Part shown: positions 18,123-27,465 of the stretch, in pieces
Layout of the letters: each line of letters opens with the position of its first letter
Numbering within the stretch: position 1 is the stretch's first letter
Virus record (IMG/VR): IMGVR_UViG_3300021479_000008
Span: 55,003 to 119,002 of that record
Length of the DNA: 64,000 bases
Source: a virus
Taxonomy: Duplodnaviria; Heunggongvirae; Uroviricota; Caudoviricetes
Direction: 5' to 3' (one strand)
Translations under genes and position numbers: made by a program
Notes under the pieces: generated by a model
Told to the model about the DNA's origin: nothing
The model's input: the letters and a program-made list of their open reading frames with translations, nothing else
Databases searched by the model: none

Positions 18123-19483
18123 TCTTTGTTGTGGTTCATGTTCCGTACTGCTTTTATGGTAGCCTCGGAGTCATAGAACGTAGCACGCTCAAAGTCTCCC
18201 ATGAATGGAAATCCCCATTTTGGTGGTCCGTGTTTATGCTTGGCTACGAACAGATACTTCCCATCCTCCCCAAATTCTTCCGGTCCGTCGCCTATACCTA
18301 TACACAAGGCACATTTTCGTAGCTTACGGATATCGTCTGCGGCGTCGTCTCCGGTGACTACCATCTTCCGTACTCCGCTTTTTCCTCTCTTTGCTTGGGC
18401 CATGACCCAACCCCATACTGACCGTCTAGCAAAGAAGGACTTCAGGTCGCGGTATATTTCTCCTATCTCTCTCCGTTCTCCACTGTCCCCTTTGTAATGC
18501 TCGACTGGAGTAATTCCTTCGTCTGCATCTACTATGACTACATCGGCGGCAAAACCTTGGTTACGATACGTTTCCCAGACTTCTTCCATTCTACCGACTG
18601 TCATCCCACCGTCTGTTCCATCGACTATACGAATATGGGCTCTCAATTTCTTTAGCTTACGACGTAACCGCCTTTTTAACTTGGTGGAATAGTCTACCAA
18701 CCTGTACATCTTGATACCCGCGAAACTGGCATCGAGTCTGTCCTCGACCATGTCCATACTATCTTCCAACGTAAAGATTAAGGCGTTGTATCCCTGCAAC
18801 GCATATACCTGGGCAAGGAATACTGCTGCTGTGGATTTTCCAACGTTATACTTGGCGAGGATAATTCCGAACTGACCTCTATCGAATGTATGGGCTCTCT
18901 TGTCAAACTGTTCTATCATCAGGAATGGAAAACGTTTTGATGCTCTCTTTTCTCTTCTTTTGATACGCTTGTCGACTTCACCTTCCGACGTGAAATTACT
19001 TACCTTCAACGAATTATCGTATGTCTCCAACGCGTCTCGGCATATTCTACGGAAACGGCTGTCACTTAATTCCCCCTTTTCCTGGAGATTAATTAATTCT
19101 TTAATGGCGTTGGTTTTGTTCTTACGACGTTTGTAATCTAATACCTTCTTCTCTATGGCCTCGACTGCTACTGGAGTCTTACTGCGGATACGTTCTACTA
19201 ACTCGATTAGCTTATCTTTCTGTTTCCTGCCTATGTGCTTTCCCTGTTCGCGAATAAAATCTAAAGCGAACGTTCTTAGCATTCCTCCTATCGGTTCCCG
19301 ATAGTCTCGCCAGTACTTAAATGCTATCTGACTGACCCAATACGCTTCCTGCATACCTTCCCCTTTACGGGGAGTAAAGTCCTTCTCGGAAAGTATACCC
19401 GACATCCGTTTCAAAAAGTTCCTGTCTTTACATGCGGGAACTAATAAATTTTCCTGGAAGTCTCCATCACGCATGTAGCTCAT
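18119..19483 (-). CDS. DnaB-like replicative DNA helicase (RecA-fold C-terminal domain)
   Basis: Walker A AKYNVGKST. DnaB/T7 gp4-like organisation. Confidence 0.7.
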   Translation of the reverse strand: MSYMRDGDFQENLLVPACKDRNFLKRMSGILSEKDFTPRKGEGMQEAYWVSQIAFKYWRDYREPIGGMLRTFALDFIREQGKHIGRKQKDKLIELVERIRSKTPVAVEAIEKKVLDYKRRKNKTNAIKELINLQEKGELSDSRFRRICRDALETYDNSLKVSNFTSEGEVDKRIKRREKRASKRFPFLMIEQFDKRAHTFDRGQFGIILAKYNVGKSTAAVFLAQVYALQGYNALIFTLEDSMDMVEDRLDASFAGIKMYRLVDYSTKLKRRLRRKLKKLRAHIRIVDGTDGGMTVGRMEEVWETYRNQGFAADVVIVDADEGITPVEHYKGDSGERREIGEIYRDLKSFFARRSVWGWVMAQAKRGKSGVRKMVVTGDDAADDIRKLRKCALCIGIGDGPEEFGEDGKYLFVAKHKHGPPKWGFPFMGDFERATFYDSEATIKAVRNMNHNKD

Positions 19484-19986
19484 CGGACAATTACCTGTTG
19501 ACGTTCTTCTTCGGTCAAGACTCGTACAAATTCAAATACACCATGTGGATCGTAATCGTCTCCATACCTTACCTCTTCTACACCCAGATAATTTGTTGGG
19601 CACGTATGTTCGTTGTAATAGTACTCATGATGATCTGGATACACTATCGGATCCGTCGTTCCACCACCGACTGCTCCTGGTAAAGTTATCGAATTTAGAA
19701 ATTCCATTCCACTGACTACAATCTTCAACTTTGGATCGTCACAGTACCGAAGCTCGATGAATACCGTTCGCTTGTTCGTTTCAACGAAAGTAAGTTCCGC
19801 ACCATCACTGGTTCTGACTCCAGTCCAACTTCTACCGCAATCATCTTCATCACAATACCACGGTCCGAATGTTCTACCTATTTCAACTTGATCTACCTGA
19901 TGTTCTGACTTACCGCAATTAGGACAAAGTATATATTCGCGCGTTACTGTCTTAGCTTTCACTACTCCTCCTGCTGGTTGAAACAC
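19480..19986 (-). CDS. hypothetical zinc-ribbon protein
   Basis: CPNCG ... CDEDDCG. Confidence 0.4.
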   Translation of the reverse strand: MFQPAGGVVKAKTVTREYILCPNCGKSEHQVDQVEIGRTFGPWYCDEDDCGRSWTGVRTSDGAELTFVETNKRTVFIELRYCDDPKLKIVVSGMEFLNSITLPGAVGGGTTDPIVYPDHHEYYYNEHTCPTNYLGVEEVRYGDDYDPHGVFEFVRVLTEEERQQVIVR

Positions 19987-20570
19987 GTTTCACTACGGAA
20001 TGGATTGTCACGATAATTGAATTTCTTCATACGATCTTCGATCTGTTCTCGCAATAAGGCTTCTTCCTGTATTCGATTCTGGTAATGGCGGAAGTATTTC
20101 TGAGGAGAGCTGAACTTGAGAAGGCTTTTGATTCGTATGCCTGTGTGCATACGCTCTAGTTCGCATTGTATGATCTCTTCCCGACGTTCTGCCATCCATA
20201 CGAGTACGTTCTCGTTGTCGGGGTATGTTCTGGAAATAGCGTCACGGAGAATCTGTTCTGATTTCTTTCCCGTCAACGTACTGATTCGTACACCCAACCC
20301 ACGACTTATCTTTTTGGTTTTGTTCTTCAGGAATGACTGCCAGAACGGTAACAACGTACTGAGGATGAACTTCAAACTTACCTTATACTTCATTTCCCAT
20401 GCTCGTAGCGTCAGTAACCGTAACTGGTCACCTTCACTAAGATACAACATTACGTTCCTAACGTTCTTGCCTTGGTATACCTGGAGATAGTCTTCTACTC
20501 TTTTGGCGTACCTTAACGCTGTTTTGTTTAACTGTTTCAATTCCTGTTCGATTACGTCTTCTCGGTCCAT
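19962..20570 (-). CDS. hypothetical protein
   Basis: 202 aa. Confidence 0.4.
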   Translation of the reverse strand: MDREDVIEQELKQLNKTALRYAKRVEDYLQVYQGKNVRNVMLYLSEGDQLRLLTLRAWEMKYKVSLKFILSTLLPFWQSFLKNKTKKISRGLGVRISTLTGKKSEQILRDAISRTYPDNENVLVWMAERREEIIQCELERMHTGIRIKSLLKFSSPQKYFRHYQNRIQEEALLREQIEDRMKKFNYRDNPFRSETCFNQQEE

Positions 20571-20648
20571 ATGTATATATATATATCCGGTATTCTATAC
20601 CTAACGTTATAATACTAATAGGTATATTTCTACGAATATACCTTAGGT
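20571..20648. promoter_or_regulatory. AT-rich intergenic control region with a (TA)8 microsatellite and GGTATA/TATACC inverted repeats (candidate terminator plus promoter)
   Basis: Inverted repeat ggtatatttctacgaatatacc lies directly after the helicase stop and is followed by a U-rich tract in minus sense. (TA)8 lies just upstream of the next ATG. Confidence 0.4.
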
Positions 20649-22271
20649 TTATTCCTTACGGAATAAAGGGAAAAATTCTCGAAATTGTTTTTCACTGAAT
20701 CGCAACACATCTTTGGCATTCTGTTTCATACTTAGGTCTGGGTTGAATTTTGTACTGACTACAACAATTCCCGCTTTTTTCAATGCACGTTTTCTCTTCT
20801 TGGCTGCCTTGGTGAACCAGTTGGGGCTTACCGTACTTTCTGGAATGCTACTAACGTCACTTATGTCTATCTGAATGAAGCCCTTTTTGTCTTTGTGCTT
20901 ACGTACTCCTCTTCCGAATATCTGTACGGCATCGTTCGTACTAGGTTTTGCACTTGCATTTATTAGGAGGTCTATTCTCTTTACGTCAACTCCCTTCTTA
21001 AACACTTTATTTACCACTAGACACCTAATACTTCCTTTCTCGAATCTGTCCTTACGTTCAAACCTTTTCTCAACTTTTATACCTTTTCCTTTGTACGTTC
21101 CACTTACTATTCCGTACTTGATACCCCGTTCTTTCAACCTAGAGCTTATTTCTTCCAGATGACGTAACCTGTCTACCACTACAATTACATACTTTCCCTT
21201 TTTTATGGCTCTTTCTACCAGCCTAACGACTAACGTGTTTCTTTCTCCGTTCCTTACGATGTATTTACTGTACGCCTCCTCGTGTTTCCAATTCTTACTG
21301 TCTGGGTTAAAGGAATTACTATACTCCAGACTAACGGAGATACCTTTGCTGAGTACGTTTTCTTTCATTCCAGTCTTGACTGGATATTGGTAAATGACCG
21401 GCCCAGTCAACGCGTACGCATTTAGCCGTACCGGCTTCTTGCTAAGACCTAACGTTGCGGTCAGTCCTATTACGGAAAGTGGTTTCATTATCTTGATTAC
21501 GTCAAAGTTTCTACGACTAAGTGCCTCATGGATTTCGTCAACGAAAACTATTTTTACGTTCTTGAACCAACGCAAAAACTTACTATCGTTTCTATGTAAA
21601 TGTAATGTCTGGATAGTGGCTACGGTTACACGTTGCAGCTTGAATTTTGATTTACCTACGTATCCTACCTTTTCACCTAAATGCTTAGCGATATCTTTCT
21701 GGGCCTGTTCTAGTAACACTAGCTGGTCAACTATAAATAACACTTCACAGTTGAATCTGGAGGAGATTGCAGCCGCTATCCGTGTCTTCCCACTTCCTGT
21801 GGCAGAGAGGATAAGACCTCCTCTTCCCTTTCTGATTGTCCCATAAGCCATATCAACACATGCGTTTTGGAAGTCATACTGGTCTTCTGATACCAACCAT
21901 TTCCTATTACTTGTAGTTCGGGGTACATTTACTTTCTCTTTTATCTTGAACTTGACATTTTCCTTCTCCTCTATCTCTTTCCGGAGAGCCCAGAATAGTC
22001 CCGCGGGAAGTCTTCCGCGCTTTAGGAATTTTATCTTACCATCCCAGCTCGGTACGTAATCGTGATCGTCGCTGTGGTTCCTGCCTGGGTACTGGTGACA
22101 AATTTTACACTGCCTGAAATGTGGACGACTACGAATTATGTGGTGGTAGTTTGGAACACTAAAACTAAAATAGGGAAGTAGCGGAGTATAGTCGTACTCT
22201 GGATCGAAGACTGCAGCGTTGTTCTTTATTCTAATACGTACTTTTTCCATTATCCTTCCAAAACGTAACAA
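20649..22271 (-). CDS. SF2 (DEAD/DEAH-like, UvsW/RecG-type) DNA helicase
   Basis: Motif I SATGSGKT, motif II VDEIHE and motif III LTATLG. Confidence 0.75.
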   Translation of the reverse strand: MLRFGRIMEKVRIRIKNNAAVFDPEYDYTPLLPYFSFSVPNYHHIIRSRPHFRQCKICHQYPGRNHSDDHDYVPSWDGKIKFLKRGRLPAGLFWALRKEIEEKENVKFKIKEKVNVPRTTSNRKWLVSEDQYDFQNACVDMAYGTIRKGRGGLILSATGSGKTRIAAAISSRFNCEVLFIVDQLVLLEQAQKDIAKHLGEKVGYVGKSKFKLQRVTVATIQTLHLHRNDSKFLRWFKNVKIVFVDEIHEALSRRNFDVIKIMKPLSVIGLTATLGLSKKPVRLNAYALTGPVIYQYPVKTGMKENVLSKGISVSLEYSNSFNPDSKNWKHEEAYSKYIVRNGERNTLVVRLVERAIKKGKYVIVVVDRLRHLEEISSRLKERGIKYGIVSGTYKGKGIKVEKRFERKDRFEKGSIRCLVVNKVFKKGVDVKRIDLLINASAKPSTNDAVQIFGRGVRKHKDKKGFIQIDISDVSSIPESTVSPNWFTKAAKKRKRALKKAGIVVVSTKFNPDLSMKQNAKDVLRFSEKQFREFFPLFRKE

Positions 22272-22492
22272 GTAGATACAGCTATCGTAATATTACCCAA
22301 AGCCACACTTCCATCTTTCTGCCACTGTTCGGAAGAAATATACTGATCCAAGAAAGCTTTCCGTACTTCAATCGCACGTAAATTCTTCGGAGCAACAACC
22401 AACGTCTCAGCCTCATCGGCTGCCCCTTGTCCTTGAGTATGCTTCATTCCAATTCGCCATACCTGCATAACCTTCATGGTAATTTCTCCCAT
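22250..22492 (-). CDS. hypothetical small protein
   Basis: 80 aa. Promoter copy 5 lies directly upstream. Confidence 0.4.
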   Translation of the reverse strand: MGEITMKVMQVWRIGMKHTQGQGAADEAETLVVAPKNLRAIEVRKAFLDQYISSEQWQKDGSVALGNITIAVSTCYVLEG

Positions 22493-22496
22493 GCTT

Positions 22497-22509
22497 ATAT
22501 TATACAGAA
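22497..22509 (-). promoter_or_regulatory. extended -10 promoter copy 5
   Basis: Minus-sense CTTCTGTATAATATAAGC-ATG. Confidence 0.5.
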
Positions 22510-22545
22510 GTGTAAAAGCTATTTTCTATGCTGATGAACAGTGAG

Positions 22546-25500
22546 TTATTGGAAAAGTACGTAAGGAATCGCTATTGATGTATTCTTAACATTGGCGTAT
22601 GTCCAAGGAACAATTCCACCTGTTGATGCTGGTAGCGCTCCTCCAACTGGTACTGTAAAAGCTATGGCGAAATTCGTAAAAGCATTATTTATGCCTGTTC
22701 TAAACCAATCTATAAAATCAGAAGCTGTTGGAGGATTGTTCGCCCCAACGGATAAAAATCCAGCGTGTGTTAGCATAGCTAAAAGTATATCTGTTGTAAA
22801 CGCAAACCAATATGCTCCAGCTGGTAATGTTACTGGAGGAAATGTAGCAGTTACGTTTTCATTAGCCAATGGACCAACAATCGAAAATAGGGCATTAGCT
22901 AGTAACGTAGTACCATCTATACTATAAATACCACACGAAAAATGACCTGTACTTGATGGTACACTGGAAACAAATATAGTAGCTGAACTGAACGTACACT
23001 CAACTGGTAATACCATACGAATCATTGGAACAATCTGCCCGAAAGTTACCTGACTTTGGCAAGCCACATTCTGGTTACTGATAGAATTTGTATCGAATGG
23101 AAGTATAAATCCAAATACGGAATTCCATGGAGCTTGATTCTGTGGAATTGCCGCTCCTCCACCACCTCCGCCTATTACAGGTATACCTGACGACCCTCCC
23201 CAAACTATTACTGACGGAATACCATCTCCCAATCCGTCAAACGGAGTTACTTTTATCAGACGAGGACTTAACCAGTCAGCTGCCGGAAGTGGGGACTGTT
23301 TAAGTAATTGCGGGTTCGACGGGTGGTCGACTGTGTACTTACTTAACACAACTCCACTGGATACATCGAACGTTTCTACTCTATGCCCATCTGGTAGTCC
23401 TGTGGCTAATCCCCACGTCAAATTCTGTGACTGTACTTCAACGGCTAATCCTGAAATCGATGGTACTGTAAACGATGGCACTACTGTCGTAAGCGAATAA
23501 TCCCACTGTAGATTGAAAAAATATACCGCCAATCCACCTATACGACTACCTGGAGTTAGGGCTTCCAACAATCCCAACGCTGTAGCTATATCCGGTTGCG
23601 TTAAATCAATCACCAAATCCGACGGAGCGAATACTGGGCGCTGTATTAACGTTCCCGGTTGTGCCCCCGGAATAAACGATGCTATGATTACACTGGAAGA
23701 AAATCCCGCGACTAATCCTACCAACGGTACTAACTGTACCCCTCCTGCAAGACTTGTTGCATAGGTAAACGATGTCGGTGTCGGTGTTGCTAAGACTACA
23801 ACTGTCGTACTGAATACCGCACCATTTGTCAATGCTTGTGAAAACGGAGCTATGAACGTTGGATTGGCTCCATACCATGCCCCAATTACTACTGTCTGTC
23901 CTGGGGTAAAACCATGATTCCCTTGTGTATAAACTGTACCTATTCCATTTATTATCGAACCACTGGCTAGGAGATTATACCCGTTTCTTGAAACTAACTG
24001 CAACGTACCAACGCTTGAGTTCTGAGACTCCAATGAACTACCGATGATATCTGGATACGGTGGACCGTATTCTATCGTACCAACGAATGGATTTGTCTGT
24101 GATTGAACACCATGCGATCCTAAAACACTCAATACTCCCGATGCTGCAATTATACGAAAACCATTGAACGAAGCGTCTGTAGGACACGTGGCGTATACTA
24201 TATCTCCTTCTATAAAATCTATCTGATTATTGCCTCCCCCTACGAATGATCCCGCTAACACGTATATCGTTGTTGTAGGTTGTCCTGTTTCTGCAAACAA
24301 TGACGTTGGTGGGAACGTATTTGGTCTTGCATCTCTATAAAACTGGTAAACTAACTGACTTGGATTGGTATTTGGTATCTCAACTATTTCCTGAAATGCA
24401 AAACCTGACGATGACAGCGCACGAAGTTCTAGTCCATAAATATCACGCACATCTCCGGCGTAATCAGTGACTATTTTCGAGGCGTCACTACTTACCAATG
24501 TCGGAGGATTCGGTATTAACGGATACTGGACACGCAGAGCTTTACTGAATCGTGAAAACTGAGAACCATTCAACGTTCTAAGATACCACGTTTGATCTCT
24601 ACTCGTTCTCGGCAACGTGAATACTGGAACGGTGAATAATCCGACTCTTCCTTGGTTCGCTATCCCCCATCCTGAATCTACATTCCTGACTTCACAGGCT
24701 GTAATCGGCGGTGCTCCAAGATTTACCGTTACATAATTTCCCGTCAACGAATCGACTACATTTACTATAACGGCATTATCCAACGTAGGCAGGAAAGCGT
24801 TCAATACCTGCGGTAGTGTTATCGGATTTGGAGGCTGGACTGTTTGCTTTGGCGTTAGAACGTTCTGGTCTCGTTCTAAAAATGCTGGTAGTAATTTCTC
24901 CAAGTACAAGTCAGGACCGTAATCGACTGTAATCGTCATTACTTCCTGACGAAGTTCTATCAACTGGATCGTGACTGTATTTACGTAGAAGTTCTGTCCT
25001 GTTATTCCTCTGTTCGGAGAATTGATATACAGGAACCTACCCGTTCTCGGGTAATCGTATAACGAAGGAGCATACAACGATTCAAACTTATTCGGTATCG
25101 TTTGTACGGTATACGTTCCTTGGAACTGGGGATATTCTCTGTCTAAGATCGCTGCTGCGGCTGCGGCTTCACACTCTGCTGACGTTCTGGGCAACGGAGA
25201 CAAATTCAACATTATGGCAGCACGTACACCATTATCTCCGGAAATCACGGCTTCGTTGGCTATGGCTATCGGATCTGTGACTCTGGCGACACTTTGGCCT
25301 GCTGCCCAACTCTGGAACCGTATTCTGGCTCCGACTGACGGAATATCGTCGGTATAGAACGATAACTCAAATACCTCTCCTTGCTGCGATATCTGGGCTG
25401 ACTGATTTACCTGTCCGACTCCCAACTGGTATACTATCGGTGCTGACAACTGGGATGGTAACCATGGCAGGTTCCCACCTGATGCTCCTGTCAACGATTG

Positions 25501-27363
25501 AACTGTTAAGTATCCCTGCGGCGGTAGACTCAACAGAGTATAGTTTATCGAACAGTTCAAGTTTATACAGTTTACCAGACAGTACAGACCAAACGGTGGC
25601 AGATTTATGTTCGTCAACGAAAACTTCGTTACCACCGGCGGAGGAGCGGCTGGGAATAGTCCAAATAACGGATTTCTCTGCTCTATAACATACTGACCTA
25701 GGCTAACGTCAGTAATTACCCACGTAATAGTTCCCGATGAAGTCAGATTTTGGGCACCATACGTTGCTGTTTGCGTTAAATTGGTATACGGACGCGTAAA
25801 CCTTGTCGGTGCTCCGGCTCCTATCCACGTCTGCAACGTATACTGGTGGTTTACTTGCGTTACTATGGGCTGTCCTACGTAAGCTCCACTGAATATTGGT
25901 TGGATTACTATACCGGCTGCACCCGATGCTGTTACGAATACCGCGTTTGCTGGGAATGATATCTGTCCCGTGTCCGCTGTCGGTCCATACGGATTCGCGT
26001 ATATGGCAGAGCTCTGGACTATCAATGTCCAACTACCTGTTCCCTGTGTTACTGAAACGACGGTAAATACATGTCCGTTCAGGAACGATGCATTCGTAAA
26101 CAACGAAGCGTTCAGAACGTTTCCGGGAAGGATATTCGTCGGTGCTGTACCGGCTATGATTAGATTTACTAGCTGGGTGTTACCGTTGACTATCTGTACT
26201 CCTGATACCGCGAACGTACCAAGGTTTTGTTGTCCCGTTATTCCAAATCCACACAAAACGTTTCCGGGAATGAAATTATTTACACCGAATACTGAACCTA
26301 TCAAACCGTTACAGGCATCGTTAAACGTTATCGAACCATGCTGGAGATTGAGTCCGCCACCAAGCTCAAGACCATTCTGCGCCTGAATATACGTAGCATT
26401 CTGAACTGGTAAGTAAACTCCGGTTAACCCTTTCTGGACTATATTCAAAGCACCAAGAGCGTTTCCGTTACTATCGGTGAGTATTTCTACTCCCAACGGA
26501 TCGTTGACAGTCCACGTTCCTTGGGTAAAACTAGCTTCCGTCCAATCGTCCTGCAACAACGTTAAAGACGTTCCTTGAAATACCTGATGACGTAACTGGA
26601 AGTTACTTGTAAAACCATCACCTATGAAGTAGTTATCCCAGTTTGTCTGCGGCTCCGTGTCTCCCAACACTATACAATCGTTTACTGGTGGAACGGTTAC
26701 AACGTTTGTTCTCAACTGAGCCGGTGCCAACTGACGCTCTTTCATGTTCTGGTCGTCGTAGGCAATACCCAACGGAGCGTCACCGAATGGCTGGTAGATG
26801 ATTTTCTTGTTTATTACTTTATAGTAGTAGCGATTCTGATCTGCGAATGTCTTGGCTATATCGGAAAACGTCTGGGCTGGATCGTACTGGTAATAAGGAA
26901 CTAACGTTCCTGTGGCCATTCCTGAAAAATCCCACGGGATTCCCGGAGCCAATGCTGTGGCTATAGACTGGAGTATTTGTGTATCTGTCTGGTTTACGAA
27001 TGCTGGAATGAAAGAAACTGTGTTACAGTTGATTAACCACTCATCCGACGTTGCATGTACGTTGTAATTGTACAACTGATACTGTATCTGGACTCCGGAT
27101 GCTTCACTGAGACCCAGAAAACTACGTTCTGGAACAGATGTTATGAAACCCGTGAATAGTATCTTGTTTGGGAATATCTCCGACTGTACTGTTATGTATG
27201 AACCACGTGGTGGAGGGACGAATGCTGCGTCTACATTACTTAACTGGAAGGAAAATAACGTAGGAACGTTTATACTGTCTTGCAGATTCGCAGAACCATC
27301 AACTACATACCTAGTATAGTCAATCGCAGGCTTGTTTTTTGCGACTTGGATTAAAAACTTCAT
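22546..27363 (-). CDS. tail fiber / host-specificity protein (1605 aa)
   Basis: Giant Thr/Ser/Gly/Asn/Val-rich protein immediately downstream of the tape measure gene, with a Gly-rich segment (GGGGGAAIP). Confidence 0.6.
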   Translation of the reverse strand: MKFLIQVAKNKPAIDYTRYVVDGSANLQDSINVPTLFSFQLSNVDAAFVPPPRGSYITVQSEIFPNKILFTGFITSVPERSFLGLSEASGVQIQYQLYNYNVHATSDEWLINCNTVSFIPAFVNQTDTQILQSIATALAPGIPWDFSGMATGTLVPYYQYDPAQTFSDIAKTFADQNRYYYKVINKKIIYQPFGDAPLGIAYDDQNMKERQLAPAQLRTNVVTVPPVNDCIVLGDTEPQTNWDNYFIGDGFTSNFQLRHQVFQGTSLTLLQDDWTEASFTQGTWTVNDPLGVEILTDSNGNALGALNIVQKGLTGVYLPVQNATYIQAQNGLELGGGLNLQHGSITFNDACNGLIGSVFGVNNFIPGNVLCGFGITGQQNLGTFAVSGVQIVNGNTQLVNLIIAGTAPTNILPGNVLNASLFTNASFLNGHVFTVVSVTQGTGSWTLIVQSSAIYANPYGPTADTGQISFPANAVFVTASGAAGIVIQPIFSGAYVGQPIVTQVNHQYTLQTWIGAGAPTRFTRPYTNLTQTATYGAQNLTSSGTITWVITDVSLGQYVIEQRNPLFGLFPAAPPPVVTKFSLTNINLPPFGLYCLVNCINLNCSINYTLLSLPPQGYLTVQSLTGASGGNLPWLPSQLSAPIVYQLGVGQVNQSAQISQQGEVFELSFYTDDIPSVGARIRFQSWAAGQSVARVTDPIAIANEAVISGDNGVRAAIMLNLSPLPRTSAECEAAAAAAILDREYPQFQGTYTVQTIPNKFESLYAPSLYDYPRTGRFLYINSPNRGITGQNFYVNTVTIQLIELRQEVMTITVDYGPDLYLEKLLPAFLERDQNVLTPKQTVQPPNPITLPQVLNAFLPTLDNAVIVNVVDSLTGNYVTVNLGAPPITACEVRNVDSGWGIANQGRVGLFTVPVFTLPRTSRDQTWYLRTLNGSQFSRFSKALRVQYPLIPNPPTLVSSDASKIVTDYAGDVRDIYGLELRALSSSGFAFQEIVEIPNTNPSQLVYQFYRDARPNTFPPTSLFAETGQPTTTIYVLAGSFVGGGNNQIDFIEGDIVYATCPTDASFNGFRIIAASGVLSVLGSHGVQSQTNPFVGTIEYGPPYPDIIGSSLESQNSSVGTLQLVSRNGYNLLASGSIINGIGTVYTQGNHGFTPGQTVVIGAWYGANPTFIAPFSQALTNGAVFSTTVVVLATPTPTSFTYATSLAGGVQLVPLVGLVAGFSSSVIIASFIPGAQPGTLIQRPVFAPSDLVIDLTQPDIATALGLLEALTPGSRIGGLAVYFFNLQWDYSLTTVVPSFTVPSISGLAVEVQSQNLTWGLATGLPDGHRVETFDVSSGVVLSKYTVDHPSNPQLLKQSPLPAADWLSPRLIKVTPFDGLGDGIPSVIVWGGSSGIPVIGGGGGGAAIPQNQAPWNSVFGFILPFDTNSISNQNVACQSQVTFGQIVPMIRMVLPVECTFSSATIFVSSVPSSTGHFSCGIYSIDGTTLLANALFSIVGPLANENVTATFPPVTLPAGAYWFAFTTDILLAMLTHAGFLSVGANNPPTASDFIDWFRTGINNAFTNFAIAFTVPVGGALPASTGGIVPWTYANVKNTSIAIPYVLFQ

Positions 27364-27390
27364 TTGAGTAGGTTATTAAAGGCATCGTGG

Positions 27391-27449
27391 CTGCGTTTAC
27401 GTGGTTTGAGACGAATACTTTTCCGTTTTGAGTGGTTTTGGTGGTTGGA
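27391..27449. repeat. 59-bp element, copy A (near-identical to 49042..49100)
   Basis: ctgcgtttacgtggtttgagacgaatacttttccgttt..agtggttttggtggttgga. 57 of 59 nt match copy B. Lies in the gap between the tape measure and tail fiber genes. Confidence 0.7.
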
Positions 27450-27465
27450 ACGTAAAAACGGCAGT

